From contig CM082589.2 in NCBI GenBank assembly GCA_040954595.2, forward strand, positions 9,746,894 to 9,810,893: DNA of 64,000 bases. The letters are read 5' to 3'. Source of the DNA: Balanoglossus misakiensis. Taxonomy: Eukaryota; Animalia; Hemichordata. A program made the position numbers and the translations under genes. The notes under the pieces were generated by a model. It made no database searches and was not told the origin of the DNA. It saw only the letters and a program-made list of their open reading frames with translations. Below are positions 10,804 to 26,200 of the stretch, one piece after another. How positions within the stretch are numbered: position 1 is the first letter of the stretch; each line of letters begins with the position of its first letter.

Positions 10804-10914
10804 CAATCTGTTTGAAATCAGATGTAGGCCTAGGGAATGGCGACGTAGTTTTTTGATGCTGCGACAGCATAAAAAACACGTCGCCGTTCCCTACATCTGA
10901 TTTTAATCAGATTA
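10804..10914. mobile_element. 111-bp TIR-only derivative of the 1216-bp element at 52443
   Basis: Both arms match the first ~55 bp of the 52443/53658 TIRs. Flanks ATGTTAACA / GCGTTAACA form a degenerate 9-bp TSD (7/9). Confidence 0.85.
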
Positions 10915-11292
10915 GCGTTAACATAACTTTATCAGAATAAGTTAACGCCATAACTTTGACAGAATAAGAGTTGCCTCAAACGGCTCTAACCGAATTTCCA
11001 TTAATAGCAGAACAAACAAGCTGTAATCAATACGCCAACCTTTAAAATATTACTTTAGAAAGTTTGTATTCATACTTTCTTCAAGTTGTCATAACGCTAA
11101 CCCGAAATGTGTTTTAGTATTGCCTTTGTATTAATGGGCTAGATTCATGGCGTTATATGTCATAAATTAAAAAGACAACCCTTATTGTTTTTGATAATAT
11201 TTATGTCGGAGAATCCACAATGAAAAATATGTATTTTCAATTTCATAACTCAAAATAATTTTCAAATCCATGACCTTATTTTCAACTCCAGT

Positions 11293-14200
11293 GACTTTGC
11301 AAAATCTCAAAATATCGTCGATTTTGGAAAAAAAAACATGGGTTCGTCGAAAAAAAAACATGGGTGAAAATCATCAAAAAATGACAAATTTTCGACTTTG
11401 CAAAATCTCAAAAGTCCGTCGATTTAAAAAAAAAACATGGGTGAAAATCTTCAAAAAATGACAAATTTTCGACTTTGCAAAAACTCAAAATTTCGTCGAT
11501 TTTTGAAAAAAAATGGGTGAAAATCATCAAAAAATGACAAATTTTCGACTGCACAATCTTAAAATTTCGTAAATTTTTGAAAAAAAATCATGGGTAAAAA
11601 TCATCAATAAATGAAAAATGTTCGACTTTGCAAAATCTCAAAATTTCGTCGATTTTTGAAAAAAATCATGGGTGAAAATCATCAAAAAATGACAAATTTT
11701 CGACTTTGCAAAATTTTCAAAAATTCGTCGATTTTTGAAAAAAAAATGGGTTATAGCTGATGAAAATCATCAACAAATGACAAATTTTTGACTGCAAAAT
11801 CTAAAAATTTCGTCGATTTTTGAAAAAAAAACATGGATGAAAATCATCAAAAAATGACAAATTTTCGACTGCAAAATCTCAAAATTTTGTCGATTTTGAA
11901 AAAAGTATGGGTTCGTCGATTTTTAAAAAAAATCATGGCTGAAAATCATCAAAAACTGACAAATTTTCGACTTTGCAAGAACTTCGAGATTTTCGTCGAT
12001 TTTTGAAAAAAAAAATCGTGGGGGGGGGGGGGAAATCATAAAAAAATGACAAATTTTCGACTTTGCAAAATCTCAATATATCGTCGATTTTGGAAAAAAA
12101 AAAACATGGGTTCGTCGAAAAAAAAACGGGTGAAAATCATCAAAAAATGACAAATTTTCGAATTTGCAAAATCTCAAAAGTCCGTCGATTTTGAAAAAAA
12201 ACATGGGTGAAAATCTTCAAAAAATGATTCTTGAAAAAAAATGGGTGAAAATCATCAAAAATGACAAAGTTTCGACTTTGCAAAATCTCAAAATTTCATC
12301 GATTTCTGAAAAAAATCATAGGGGAAAATCATCAAAAAATGACAAATTTTCGACTGCAAAATCTTAAAATTTCGTCAATTTTTGAAAAAAATCATGGGTA
12401 AAAATCATCAATAAATGAAAAATTTTCGACTTTGCAAAATCTCAAAATTTCGTCGATTTTTGAAAAAAATCATGGGTGAAAATCATCAAAAAATGACAAA
12501 TTTTTGACTTTGCAAAATTTTCAAAAATTCGTTGATTTTTGAAAAAAAAATGGGTTATAGCTTATGAAAATCATCAACAAATGACAAATTTTCGACTTTG
12601 CAAAATCTCAAAATTTCGTCGATTTTGAAAAAAATCATGGGTTCGTCGATTTTTGAAAAAAAACATGGGTGAAAATCTTCAAAAAATGACAAATTTTCGA
12701 CTTTGCAAAAACTGAAAATTTCGTCGATTTTTGAAAAAAATAATGAGTGAAAATCATCAAAAAAGACAAAGTTTCGACTTTGCAAAATCTCAAAATTTCG
12801 TCGATTTCTGAAAAAAATCATGGGTAAAATCGTCAAAAAAAGACAGATTTTCGACAGCAAAATCTTAAAATTTCGTCAATTTTTGAAAAAAAATCATGGG
12901 TAAAAATCATCAAAAAATGACAAATTTTCGACTTTGCAAAATCTCAAAATTTCGTCAATTTTTGAAAAAAAAATCGTGGGGGGGGGGAAATCATCAAAAA
13001 AATGACAAATTTTCGACTTTGCAAAATTTTGAAAAATTCGTCGATTTTAAAAAAAAAACATGGGTTCGTCCATTTTTGAAAAAAAAAACATGGGTGAAAA
13101 TCATCAACAAATGACAAATGTTCAACTTTGCAAAATCTCAAAATTTCGTCGATTTTTGAAAAAAAAAATCGTGGGGGGGGGGGGGGGGGAAATCATCAAA
13201 AAAATTACAAATTTTCGACTTAACAAAATTTTCAAAAATTCGTCGATTTTTGAAAAAAAAAAACATGGGTTCGTCCATTTTTGAAAAAAAAAACATGGGT
13301 GAAAATCATCAACAAATGACAAATGTTCAACTTTGCAAAATCTCAAAATATTGTCGATTTTTGAAAAAAAATCATGGGTTCGTTGATTTTTGAAAAAAAA
13401 ACGGGTGAAAATCATCAAAAAATTACAAATTTTCGTCTTTGCAAAATCTCAAAATTTCGTCGATTTTTGAAAAATAAAATCATGGGTAAAAATCATCAAA
13501 AAAATACAAATTTTCGACTTTGCAAAATCTAAAAATTTTGTCGATTTTTGAAAAAAATCATGGGTGAAAATCATCAAAAAATGACAAATTTTCGACTTTG
13601 CAAAATCTCAAAATTTCGTAGATTTTTGAAAAAAAATCATGGGTTCGTTGATTTTTGAAAAAAAAACATGGGTGAAAATCATCAAAAAATTACAAATTTT
13701 CGAATTTGCAAAATCTCAAAATTTCGTCGATTTTTGAAAAAAAAACATGGGTGAAAATCATCAAAAAATGACAAATTTTCGACTTTGCAAAATCTCAAAA
13801 TTTCGTAAATTTTTGAAAAAAAGTCATGGGTGAAAATCATAAAAAAATTACAAATTTTCGTCTTTGCAAAATCTCAAAATTTCGTCGATTTTTGAAAAAA
13901 AAAATCATGGGTAAAAATCATCAAAAAATTACAAATTTTCGACTTTGCAAAATCTAAAAATTTTGTCGATTTTTGAAAAAAATCATGGGTGAGAATCATC
14001 AAAAAATGACAAATTTTCGACTTTGCAAAATCTCAAAATTTCGTCGATTTTTGAAAAAAATCATGGGTTCGTTCAATTTTGAAAAAAAAACATGGGTGAA
14101 AATCATCAAAAAATTACAAATTTTCGACTTTGCAAAATCTCAAAATTTTGTCGATTTTTGAAAAAAAATCATGGGTGAAAATCATTAATAAATGACAAAT

Positions 14201-17200
14201 TTTCGACTTTGCAAAATCTCAAAATTTCGTCGATTTTTGAAAAAAAATCATGGGTGAAAATCATCAAAAAATTACAAATTTTCGACTTTGCAAAATCTCA
14301 AAATTTCGTCGATTTTTAAGAAAAATCATGGGTGAAAATCATCAAAAAATGACAAATTTTCGACTTTGCAAAATCTCAAAATTTTGTCGATTTTTGAAAA
14401 AAAATCATGGGTTCGTTGATTTTTGAAAAAAAACATGGGTGAAAATCATCAAAAAATTACAAATTTTCGAATTTGCAAAATCTCAAAATTTCGTCGATTT
14501 TTGAAAAAAAAAATCATGGGTAAAAATCATCAAAAAATTACAAATTTTCGACTTTGCAAAATCTAAAAATTTTGTCGATTTTTGAAAAAAACAATCATGG
14601 TGAAAATCATCAAAAAATGACAAATTTTCGACTTTGCAAAATCTCAAAATGTCAATTTTTTAAAAAAATCATGAGTTCGTTGATTTTTAAAAAAAAACAT
14701 TGGTGTCAATTTTTTAAAAAAATCATGGGTTCGTTGATTTTTAAAAAAAAACATTCGTGAAAATCATCAAAAAATTACAAATTTTCGACTTTGCAAAATC
14801 TCAAAATTTCGTACATTTTTGAAAAAAAATCATGGGTGAAAATCATCAAAAAATGACAAATTTTCGTCTTTGCAAAATCTCAAAATTTCGTCATTTTTTA
14901 AAAAAAAATCATGGTGAAAATCATCAAAAAATTACAAATTTTCGAATTTGCAAAATCTCAAAATTTCGTCGATTTTTGAAAAAAAAAACATGGGTGAAAA
15001 TCATCAAAAAATGACAAATTTTCGACTTTGCAAAATCTCAAAATTTCGTAAATTTTTGAAAAAAAGTCATGGGTGAAAATCATCAAAAAATTAAAAAGTT
15101 TCGTCTTTGCAAAATCTCAAAAAATCGTCGATTTTTGAAAAAAAAAATCATGGGTAAAAATCATCAAAAAATTACAAATTTTCGACTTTGCAAAATCTAA
15201 AAATTTTGTCGATTTTTGAAAAAAATCATGGGTGAAAATCATCAAAAAATGACAAATTTTCGACTTTGCAAAATCTCAAAATTTCGTAAATTTTTGAAAA
15301 AAAGTCATGGGTGAAAATCATCAAAAAATTAAAAAGTTTCGTCTTTGCAAAATCTCAAAATTTCGTCGATTTTTCGAAAAAAAAATCATGGGTAAAAATC
15401 ATCAAAAAATTACAAATTTTCGACTTTGCAAAATCTAAAAATTTTGTCGATTTTTGAAAAAAATCATGGGTGAAAATCATCAAAAAATGACAAATTTTCG
15501 ACTTTGCAAAATCTCAAAATTTCGTCGATTTTTGAAAAAAATCATGGGTGAAAATCATCAAAAAATGACAAATTTTCGACTTTGCAAAATCTTAAATTTC
15601 GTCGATTTTTGAAAAAAATCATGGGTGAAAATCATCAAAAAATGACAAATTTTTGACTTTGCAAAATCTCAAAATTTCGTCGATTTTTGAGAAAAATCAT
15701 AGGATAAAATTATCAAAAAATGACAAATTTTCGACTTTGCAAAATCTCAAAATTTCGTCGATTTTTGAAAAAAATCATGGGTGAAAATCATCAAAAAATG
15801 ACAAATTTTCGACTTTGCAAAATCTTAAATTTCGTCGATTTTTGAAAAAAATCATGGGTGAAAATCATCAAAAAATGACAAATTTTTGACTTTGCAAAAT
15901 CTCAAAATTTCGTCGATTTTTTAGAAAAATCATGGGTGAAAATCATCAAAAAATGACAAATTTTCGTCTTTGCAAAATCTCAAAATTTGGTCGATTTTTG
16001 AAAAAAAAAATCATGGGTAAAAATCATCAAAAAATGACAAATTTTCGACTTTGCAAAATCTCAAATTTCGTCGATTTTGGAAAAGAATCATGGGTGAAAA
16101 TCATCAAAAAATGACAAATTTTCGACTTTGCAAAATCTCAAAATTTCGTCGATTTTTGAGAAAAATCATGGGTGAAAATCATCAAAAAACGACAAATTTT
16201 CGTCTTTGCAAAATCTCAAAATTTCGTCGATTTTTGAAAAAAATCATGGGTGAAAATCATCAAAAAATGACAATTTTTTGTCTTTGCAAAATCTCAAAAT
16301 TTGGTCGATTTTTGAAAAACAAAATCATGGGAAAAAATCATCAAAAAATGACAAATTTTCGACTTTGCAAAATCTCAAAATTTCGTCGATTTTGGAAAAA
16401 AAAACATGGGTGAAAATCATCAAAAAATGACAAATTTTCGAATTTGCAAAATCTCAAAATTTCGTCGATTTTTGAAAAAAATCATGGGTTCGTTCAATTT
16501 TGAAAAAAAACATGGGTGAAAATCATCAAAAAATTACAAATTTTCGACTTTGCAAAATCTCAAAATTTTGTCGATTTTTGAAAAAAAATCATGGGTGAAA
16601 ATCATTAATAAATGACAAATTTTCGACTTTGCAAAATCTCAAAATTTCGTCGATTTTTTAAAAAAAATCATGGGTGAAAATCATCAAAAAATTACAAATT
16701 TTCGACTTTGCAAAATCTCAAAATTTCGTCGATTTTTGAGAAAAATCATGGGTGAAAATCATCAAAAAATGACAAATTTTCGACTTTGCAAAATCTCAAA
16801 ATTTTGTCGATTTTTGAAAAAAAATCATGGGTTCGTTGATTTTTGAAAAAAAACATGGGTGAAAATCATCAAAAAATTACAAATTTTCGTCTTTGCAAAA
16901 TCTCAAAATTTCGTCGATTTTTGAAAAAAAAAATCATGGGTAAAAATCATCAAAAAATTACAAATTTTCGACTTTGCAAAATCTCAAAATTTCGTAAATT
17001 TTTGAAAAAAAGTCATGGGTGAAAATCATCAAAAAATTACAAATTTTCGTCTTTGCAAAATCTCAAAATTTCGTCGATTTTTGAAAAAAAAAAATCATGG
17101 GTAAAAATCATCAAAAAATTACAAATTTTCGACTTTGTAAAATCTAAAAATTTTGTCGATTTTTGAAAAAAATCATGGGTGAAAATCATCAAAAAATGAC

Positions 17201-20200
17201 AAATTTTCGACTTTGCAAAATCTCAAAATTTCGTAGATTTTTGAAAAAAAACATGGGTGAAAATCATCAAAAAATGACAAATTTTCGACTTTGCAAAATC
17301 TCAAATTTCGTCGATTTTTGAAAAAAATCATGGGTGAAAATCATCAAAAAATGACAAATTTTCGTCTTTGCAAAATCTCAAAATTTCGTCGATTTTTGAA
17401 AAAAAAAAATCATGGGTAAAAATCATCAAAAAATTACAAATTTTCGACTTTGCAAAATCTCAAATTTCGTCGATTTTTGAAAAAAATCATGGGTGAAAAT
17501 CATCAAAAAATGACAAATTTTCGTCTTTGCAAAATCCCAAAATTTCGTAAATTTTTGAAAAAAAGTCATGGGTGAAAATCATCAAAAAATTACAAATTTT
17601 CGTCTTTGCAAAATCTCAAAATTTCGTCGATTTTTGAAAAAAAAAATCATGGGTAAAAATCATCAAAAAATTACAAATTTTCGACTTTGCAAAATCTAAA
17701 AATTTTGTCAATTTTTGAAAAAAACAATCATGGTGAAAATCATCAAAAAATGACAAATTTTCGACTTTGCAAAATCTCAAAATGTTGTCAATTTTTTAAA
17801 AAATTCATGAGTTCGTTGATTTTTTAAAAAAAACATTGGTGTCAATTTTTGAAAAAAATCATGGGTTCGTTGATTTTTAAAAAAAAACATTGGTGAAAAT
17901 CATCAAAAAATTACAAATTTTCGACTTTGCAAAATCTCAAAATTTCGTACATTTTTGAAAAAAAATCATGGGTGAAAATCATCAAAAAATGACAAATTTT
18001 CGACTTTGCAAAATCTCAAAATTTCGTCGATTTTTGAAAAAAATCACGGGTGAAAATCATCAAAAAATGACAAATTTTCGTCTTTGCTAAATCTCAAAAT
18101 TTCGTCGATTTTTGAAAAAAATCATGGGTGAAAATCATCAAAAAATGACAAATTTTCGACTTTGCAAAATCTCAAAATTTCGTACATTTTTAAAAAAAAA
18201 TCATGGGTGAAATTCATCAAAAAATGACAAATTTTCGTCTTTGCAAAATCTCAAAATTTCGCCGATTTTTGAAAAAAACAATCATGGTGAAAATCATCAA
18301 AAAATGACAAATTTTCGACTTTGCAAAATCTCAAAATGTTGTCAATTTTTTAAAAAAATCATGAGTTCGTTGATTTTTAAAAAAAAACATTGGTGTCAAT
18401 TTTTGAAAAAAATCATGGGTTCGTTGATTTTTAAAAAAAAACATTGGTGAAAATCATCAAAAAATTACAAATTTTCGACTTTGCAAAATCTAAAAATTTC
18501 GTACATTTTTGAAAAAAAATCATGGGTGAAAATCATCAAAAAATGACAAATTTTCGTCTTTGCAAAATCTCAAAATTTCGTCGTTTTTTAAAAAAAAATC
18601 ATGGTGAAAATCATCAAAAAATGACAAATTGTCGACTTTGCAAAATCTAAAAATTTTGTCGATTTTTGAAAAAAATCATGGGTGAAAATAATCAAAAAAT
18701 GACAAATTTTCGACTTTGCAAAATCTCAAAATTTCGTCGATTTTTGAAAAAAATCATGGGTGAAAATCATCAAAAAATGACAAATTTTCGACTTTGCAAA
18801 ATCTCAAAATTTCGTCGATTTTTGAAAAAAATCATGGGTTCGTTCAATTTTGAAAAAAAACGGGTGAAAATCATCAAAAAATTACAAATTTTCGACTTTG
18901 CAAAATCTCAAAATTTTGTCGATTTTTGAAAAAAAATCATGGGTGAAAATCATTAATAAATGACAAATTTTCGACTTTGCAAAATCTCAAAATTTCGTCG
19001 ATTTTTGAAAAAAAATCATGGGTGAAAATCATCAAAAAATGACAAATTTTCGACTTTGCAAAATCTCAAAATTTCGTCGATTTTTGAGAAAAATCATGGG
19101 TGAAAATCATCAAAAAATGACAAATTTTCGACTTTGCAAAATCTCAAAATTTTGTCGATTTTTGAAAAAAAATCATGGGTTCGTTGATTTTTGAAAAAAA
19201 ACATGGGTGAAAATCATCAAAAAAGTACAAATTTTCGAATTTGCAAAATCTCAAAATTTCGTCGATTTTTGAAAAAAAAACATGGGTGAAAATCATCAAA
19301 AAATGACAAATTTTCGACTTTGCAAAATCTCAAAATTTCGTAAATTTTTGAAAAAAAGTCATGGGTGAAAATCATCAAAAAATTACAAATTTTCGTCTTT
19401 GCAAAATCTCAAAATTTCGTCGAGTTTTGAAAAAAATCATGGGTGAAAATCATCAAAAAATGACAAATTTTCGACTTTGCAAAATCTCAAAATTTTGTCG
19501 ATTTTTGAAAAAAAATCATGGGTTCGTTGATTTTTTAAAAAAAACATGGGTGAAAATCATCAAAAAATTACAAATTTTCGAATTTGCAAAATCTCAAAAT
19601 TTCGTCGATTTTTGAAAAAAAACATGGGTGAAAATCATCAAAAAATGACAAATTTTCGACTTTGCAAAATCTCAAAATTTCGTAAATTTTTGAAAAAAAG
19701 TCATGGGTGAAAATCATCAAAAAATTACAAATTTTCGTCTTTGCAAAATCTCAAAATTTCGTCGATTTTTGAAAAAAATCATGGGTGAAAATCATCAAAA
19801 AATGACAAATTTTCGACTTTGCAAAATCTCAAAATTTTGTCGATTTTTGAAAAAAAATCATGGGTTCGTTGATTTTTGAAAAAAAACATGGGTGAAAATC
19901 ATCAAAAAATTACAAATTTTCGAATTTGCAAAATCTCAAAATTTCGTCGATTTTTGAAAAAAAACATGGGTGAAAATCATCAAAAAATGACAAATTTTCG
20001 ACTTTGCAAAATCTCAAAATTTCGTAAATTTTTGAAAAAAAGTCATGGGTGAAAATCATCAAAAAATTACAAATTTTCGTCTTTGCAAAATCTCAAAATT
20101 TCGTCGATTTTTGAAAAAAAAAATCATGGGTAAAAATCATCAAAAAATAACAAATTTTCGACTTTGCAAAATCTAAAAATTTTGTCGATTTTTGAAAAAA

Positions 20201-23200
20201 ACAATCATGGTGAAAATCATCAAAAAATGACAAATTTTCGACTTTGCAAAATCTCAAAATGTTGTCAATTTTTTAAAAAAATCATGAGTTCGTTGATTTT
20301 TAAAAAAAAACATTGGTGTCAATTTTTGAAAAAAATCATGGGTTCGTTGATTTTTAAAAAAAAACATTGGTGAAAATCATCAAAAAATTACAAATTTTCG
20401 ACTTTGCAAAATCTAAAAATTTCGTACATTTTTGAAAAAAAATCATGGGTGAAAATCATCAAAAAATGACAAATTTTCGTCTTTGCAAAATCTCAAAATT
20501 TCGTCGTTTTTTAAAAAAAAATCATGGTGAAAATCATCAAAAAATGACAAATTGTCGACTTTGCAAAATCTAAAAATTTTGTCGATTTTTGAAAAAAATC
20601 ATGGGTGAAAATAATCAAAAAATGACAAATTTTCGACTTTGCAAAATCTCAAAATTTCGTCGATTTTTGAAAAAAATCATGGGTGAAAATCATCAAAAAA
20701 TGACAAATTTTCGACTTTGCAAAATCTCAAAATTTCGTCGATTTTTGAAAAAAATCATGGGTTCGTTCAATTTTGAAAAAAAACGGGTGAAAATCATCAA
20801 AAAATTACAAATTTTCGACTTTGCAAAATCTCAAAATTTTGTCGATTTTTGAAAAAAAATCATGGGTGAAAATCATTAATAAATGACAAATTTTCGACTT
20901 TGCAAAATCTCAAAATTTCGTCGATTTTTGAAAAAAAATCATGGGTGAAAATCATCAAAAAATGACAAATTTTCGACTTTGCAAAATCTCAAAATTTCGT
21001 CGATTTTTGAGAAAAATCATGGGTGAAAATCATCAAAAAATGACAAATTTTCGACTTTGCAAAATCTCAAAATTTTGTCGATTTTTGAAAAAAAATCATG
21101 GGTTCGTTGATTTTTGAAAAAAAACATGGGTGAAAATCATCAAAAAAGTACAAATTTTCGAATTTGCAAAATCTCAAAATTTCGTCGATTTTTGAAAAAA
21201 AAACATGGGTGAAAATCATCAAAAAATGACAAATTTTCGACTTTGCAAAATCTCAAAATTTCGTAAATTTTTGAAAAAAAGTCATGGGTGAAAATCATCA
21301 AAAAATTACAAATTTTCGTCTTTGCAAAATCTCAAAATTTCGTCGAGTTTTGAAAAAAATCATGGGTGAAAATCATCAAAAAATGACAAATTTTCGACTT
21401 TGCAAAATCTCAAAATTTTGTCGATTTTTGAAAAAAAATCATGGGTTCGTTGATTTTTTAAAAAAAACATGGGTGAAAATCATCAAAAAATTACAAATTT
21501 TCGAATTTGCAAAATCTCAAAATTTCGTCGATTTTTGAAAAAAAACATGGGTGAAAATCATCAAAAAATGACAAATTTTCGACTTTGCAAAATCTCAAAA
21601 TTTCGTAAATTTTTGAAAAAAAGTCATGGGTGAAAATCATCAAAAAATTACAAATTTTCGTCTTTGCAAAATCTCAAAATTTCGTCGATTTTTGAAAAAA
21701 ATCATGGGTGAAAATCATCAAAAAATGACAAATTTTCGACTTTGCAAAATCTCAAAATTTTGTCGATTTTTGAAAAAAAATCATGGGTTCGTTGATTTTT
21801 GAAAAAAAACATGGGTGAAAATCATCAAAAAATTACAAATTTTCGAATTTGCAAAATCTCAAAATTTCGTCGATTTTTGAAAAAAAACATGGGTGAAAAT
21901 CATCAAAAAATGACAAATTTTCGACTTTGCAAAATCTCAAAATTTCGTAAATTTTTGAAAAAAAGTCATGGGTGAAAATCATCAAAAAATTACAAATTTT
22001 CGTCTTTGCAAAATCTCAAAATTTCGTCGATTTTTGAAAAAAAAAATCATGGGTAAAAATCATCAAAAAATAACAAATTTTCGACTTTGCAAAATCTAAA
22101 AATTTTGTCGATTTTTGAAAAAAATCATGGGTGAAAATCATCAAAAAATGACAAATTTTCGACTTTGCAAAATCTCAAAATTTCGTCGATTTTTGAAAAA
22201 AATCATGGGTTCGTTCAATTTTGAAAAAAAACATGGGTGAAAATCATCAAAAAATTACAAATTTTCGACTTTGCAAAATCTCAAAATTTTGTCGATTTTT
22301 GAAAAAAAATCATGGGTGAAAATCGTTAATAAATGACAAATTTTCGACTTTGCAAAATCTCAAAATTTCGTCGATTTTTGAAAAAAAATCATGGGTGAAA
22401 ATCATCAAAAAATTACAAATTTTCGACTTTGCAAAATCTCAAAATTTCGTCGATTTTCGAGAAAAATCATGGGTGAAAATCATCAAAAAATGACAAATTT
22501 TCGACTTTGCAAAAACTCAAAATTTTGTCGATTTTTGAAAAAAAATCATGGGTTCGTTGATTTTTGAAAAAAAACATGGGTGAAAATCATCAAAAAATTA
22601 CAAATTTTCGAATTTGCAAAATCTCAAAATTTTGTCGATTTTTGAAAAAAATCATGGGTGAAAATAATCAAAAAATTACAAATTTTCGACTTTGCAAAAT
22701 CTAAAAATTTTGTCGATTTTTGAAAAAAATCATGGGTGAAAATCATCAAAAAATGACAAATTTTCGACTTTGCAAAATCTCAAAATTTTGTCGATTTTTG
22801 AAAAAAAATCATGGGTTCGTTGATTTTTGAAAAAAAACATGGGTGAAAATCATCAAAAAATTACAAATTTTCGAATTTGCAAAATCTCAAAATTTTGTCG
22901 ATTTTTGAAAAAAATCATGGGTGAAAATAATCAAAAAATTACAAATTTTCGACTTTGCAAAATCTAAAAATTTTGTCGATTTTTGAAAAAAATCATGGGT
23001 GAAAATCATCAAAAAATGACAAATTTTCGACTATGCAAAATCTCAAAATTTAGTCGATTTTTGAAAAAAATCATGGGTTCGTTCAATTTTGAAAAAAAAC
23101 ATGGGTGAAAATCATCAAAAAATTACAAATTTTCGACTTTGCAAAATCTCAAAATTTTGTCGATTTTTGAAAAAAAATCATGGGTGAAAATCATTAATAA

Positions 23201-26200
23201 ATGACAAATTTTCGACTTTGCAAAATCTCAAAATTTCGTCGATTTTTGAAAAAAAATCATGGGTGAAAATCATCAAAAAATTACAAATTTTCGACTTTGC
23301 AAAATCTCAAAATTTCGTCGATTTTTGAGAAAAATCATGGGTGAAAATCATCAAAAAATGACAAATTTTCGACTTTGCAAAATCTCAAAATTTTGTCGAT
23401 TTTTGAAAAAAAATCATGGGTTCGTTGATTTTTGAAAAAAAACATGGGTGAAAATCATCAAAAAATTACAAATTTTCGAATTTGCAAAATCTCAAAATTT
23501 CTTAAATTTTTGAAAAAAAGTCATGGGTGAAAATCATCAAAAAATTACAAATTTTCGTCTTTGCAAAATCTCAAAATTTCGTCGATTTTTGAAAAAAAAA
23601 ATCATGGGTAAAAATCATCAAAAAATTACAAATTTTCGACTTTGCAAAATCTAAAAATTTTGTCGATTTTTGAAAAAAATCATGGGTGAAAATCATCAAA
23701 AAATGACAAATTTTCGACTTTGCAAAATCTCAAAATTTCGTAGATTTTTGAAAAAAAAAAATCATGGGTAAAAATCATCAAAAAATTACAAATTTTCGAC
23801 TTTGCAAAATCTAAAAATTTTGTCGATTTTTGAAAACAATCATGGGTGAAAATCATCAAAAAATGACAAATTTTCGACTTTGCAAAATCTCAAAATTTTG
23901 TCGATTTTTTTAAAAAAATCATGGGTGAAAATCATTAATAAATGACAAATTTTCGACTTTGCAAAATCTCAAAATTTCGTCGATTTTTGAAAAAAAATCA
24001 TGGGTGAAAATCATCAAAAAATTACAAATTTTCGACTTTGCAAAATCTCAAAATTTCGTCGATTTTTGAGAAAAATCATGGGTGAAAATCATCAAAAAAT
24101 GACAAATTTTCGACTTTGCAAAATCTCAAAATTTTGTCGATTTTTGAAAAAAATCATGGGTTCGTTCAATTTTGAAAAAAAACATGGGTGAAAATCATCA
24201 AAAAATTACAAATTTTCGACTTTGCAAAATCTCAAAATTTCGTCGATTTTTGAAAAAAAATCATGGGTGAAAATCATCAAAAAATTACAAATTTTCGACT
24301 TTGCAAAATCTCAAAATTTTGTCGATTTTTGAAAAAAAATCATGGGTTCGTTGATTTTTGAAAAAAAACATGGGTGAAAATCATCAAAAAATTACAAATT
24401 TTCGAATTTGCAAAATCACAAAATTTCGTCGATTTTTGAAAAAAAAACATGGGTGAAAATCATCAAAAAATTACAAATTTTCGACTTTGCAAAATCTCAA
24501 AATTTCGTAAATTTTTGAAAAAAAGTCATGGGTGAAAATCATCAAAAAATTACAAATTTTCGTCTTTGCAAAATCACAAAATTTCGTCGATTTTTGAAAA
24601 AAAAATCATGGGTAAAAATCATCAAAAAATTACAAATTTTCGACTTTGCAAAATCTAAAAATTTTGTCGATTTTTGAAAAAAATCATGGGTGAAAATCAT
24701 CAAAAAATGACAAATTTTCGTCTTTGCAAAATCTCAAAATTTCGTCCATTTTTGAATAAAAATCATGGGTGAAAATCATCAAAAAATGACACATTTTCGA
24801 CTTTGCAAAATCTAAAAATTTCGTCGATTTTTGAAAAAAATCATGGTTGAAAATCATCAAAAAATGACAAAATTTTCGACTTTGTAAAATCACAAAATTT
24901 CGTCGATTTTGAAAAAAATCATAGGTTCGTCGATTTCTAAAAAAAAACATGGGTGAAAATCATCAAAAAATGACAAATTTTCGACTTTGCAAAATCTCAA
25001 AATTTCGTCGATTTTTGAAAAAAATCATGGGTGAAAATCATCAAAAAATGACAAATTTTCGACTTCGCAAAATCTCAAAATTTCGTCAATTTTTGAAAAA
25101 ATCAGGGGTAAAAATCATCAAAAAATGACAAATTTTCGTCTTTGCTAAATCTCAAAATTTCGTCGGTTTTTGAAAAATAATATGGGTGAAAATCATCAAA
25201 AAATGACAAATTTTCGTCTTTGCAAAATCTCAAAATTTCTTCCATTTAAAAAAAAAAGCATGGGGGAAAATCATCAAAAAATGACAAATTTTCGTCTTTT
25301 CAAAATCTCAAAATTTCGTCCATTTAAAAAAAAAAACATGGGTGAAAATCATCAAAAAATGACAAATTTTTGACTTTTCAAAATCTCACAATTTCGTCGA
25401 TTTTTGAAAAAAATCATGGGTGAAAATCATCAAAAAATGACAAATTATCGACTTTGCAAAATCTCAAAATTTCGTCGATTTTGAAAAAAACCATTGGGGG
25501 AAAATCATCAAAAAATGACAAATTATCGACTTTGCAAAATCTCAAAATTTCGTCCATTTTAAAAAAAAAACATGGGGGAAAATCATCAAAAAATGACAAA
25601 TTTTCGACTTTGCAAAATCTCAAAATTTCGTCGATTTTGAAAAAAAACATTGGGGGAAAATCATCAAAAAATGACAAATTATCGACTTTGCACAATCTCA
25701 CAATTTCGTCGATTTTTGAAAAAAATCATGGGTGAAAATCATCAAAAAATTACAAATTTTCGACTTTGCAAAATCTCAACATTTCGTCGATTTTTGAAAA
25801 AAATCATGGGTGAAAATCATCAAAAAATTACAAATTTTCGATTTTGCAAAATCTCAAAATTTCGTCGATTTTGAAAAAAATCATAGGTTCGTCGTTTTTT
25901 TAAAAAAAAACATGGGTGAAAATCATCAAAAAATGACAAATTTTTGACTTTGCAAAATCTCACAATTTCGTCGATTTTTGAAAAAAATCATGGGTGAAAA
26001 TCATCAAAAAATGACAAATTTTCGACTTTGCAAAATCTCAAAATTTCGTCCATTTTAAAAAAAAAACATGGGGGAAAATCATCAAAAAATGACAAATTTT
26101 CGACTTTGCAAAATCTCAAAATTTCGTCGATTTTGAAAAAAACCATTGGGGGAAAATCATCAAAAAATGACAAATTTTCGACTTTGCAAAATCTCAAAAT

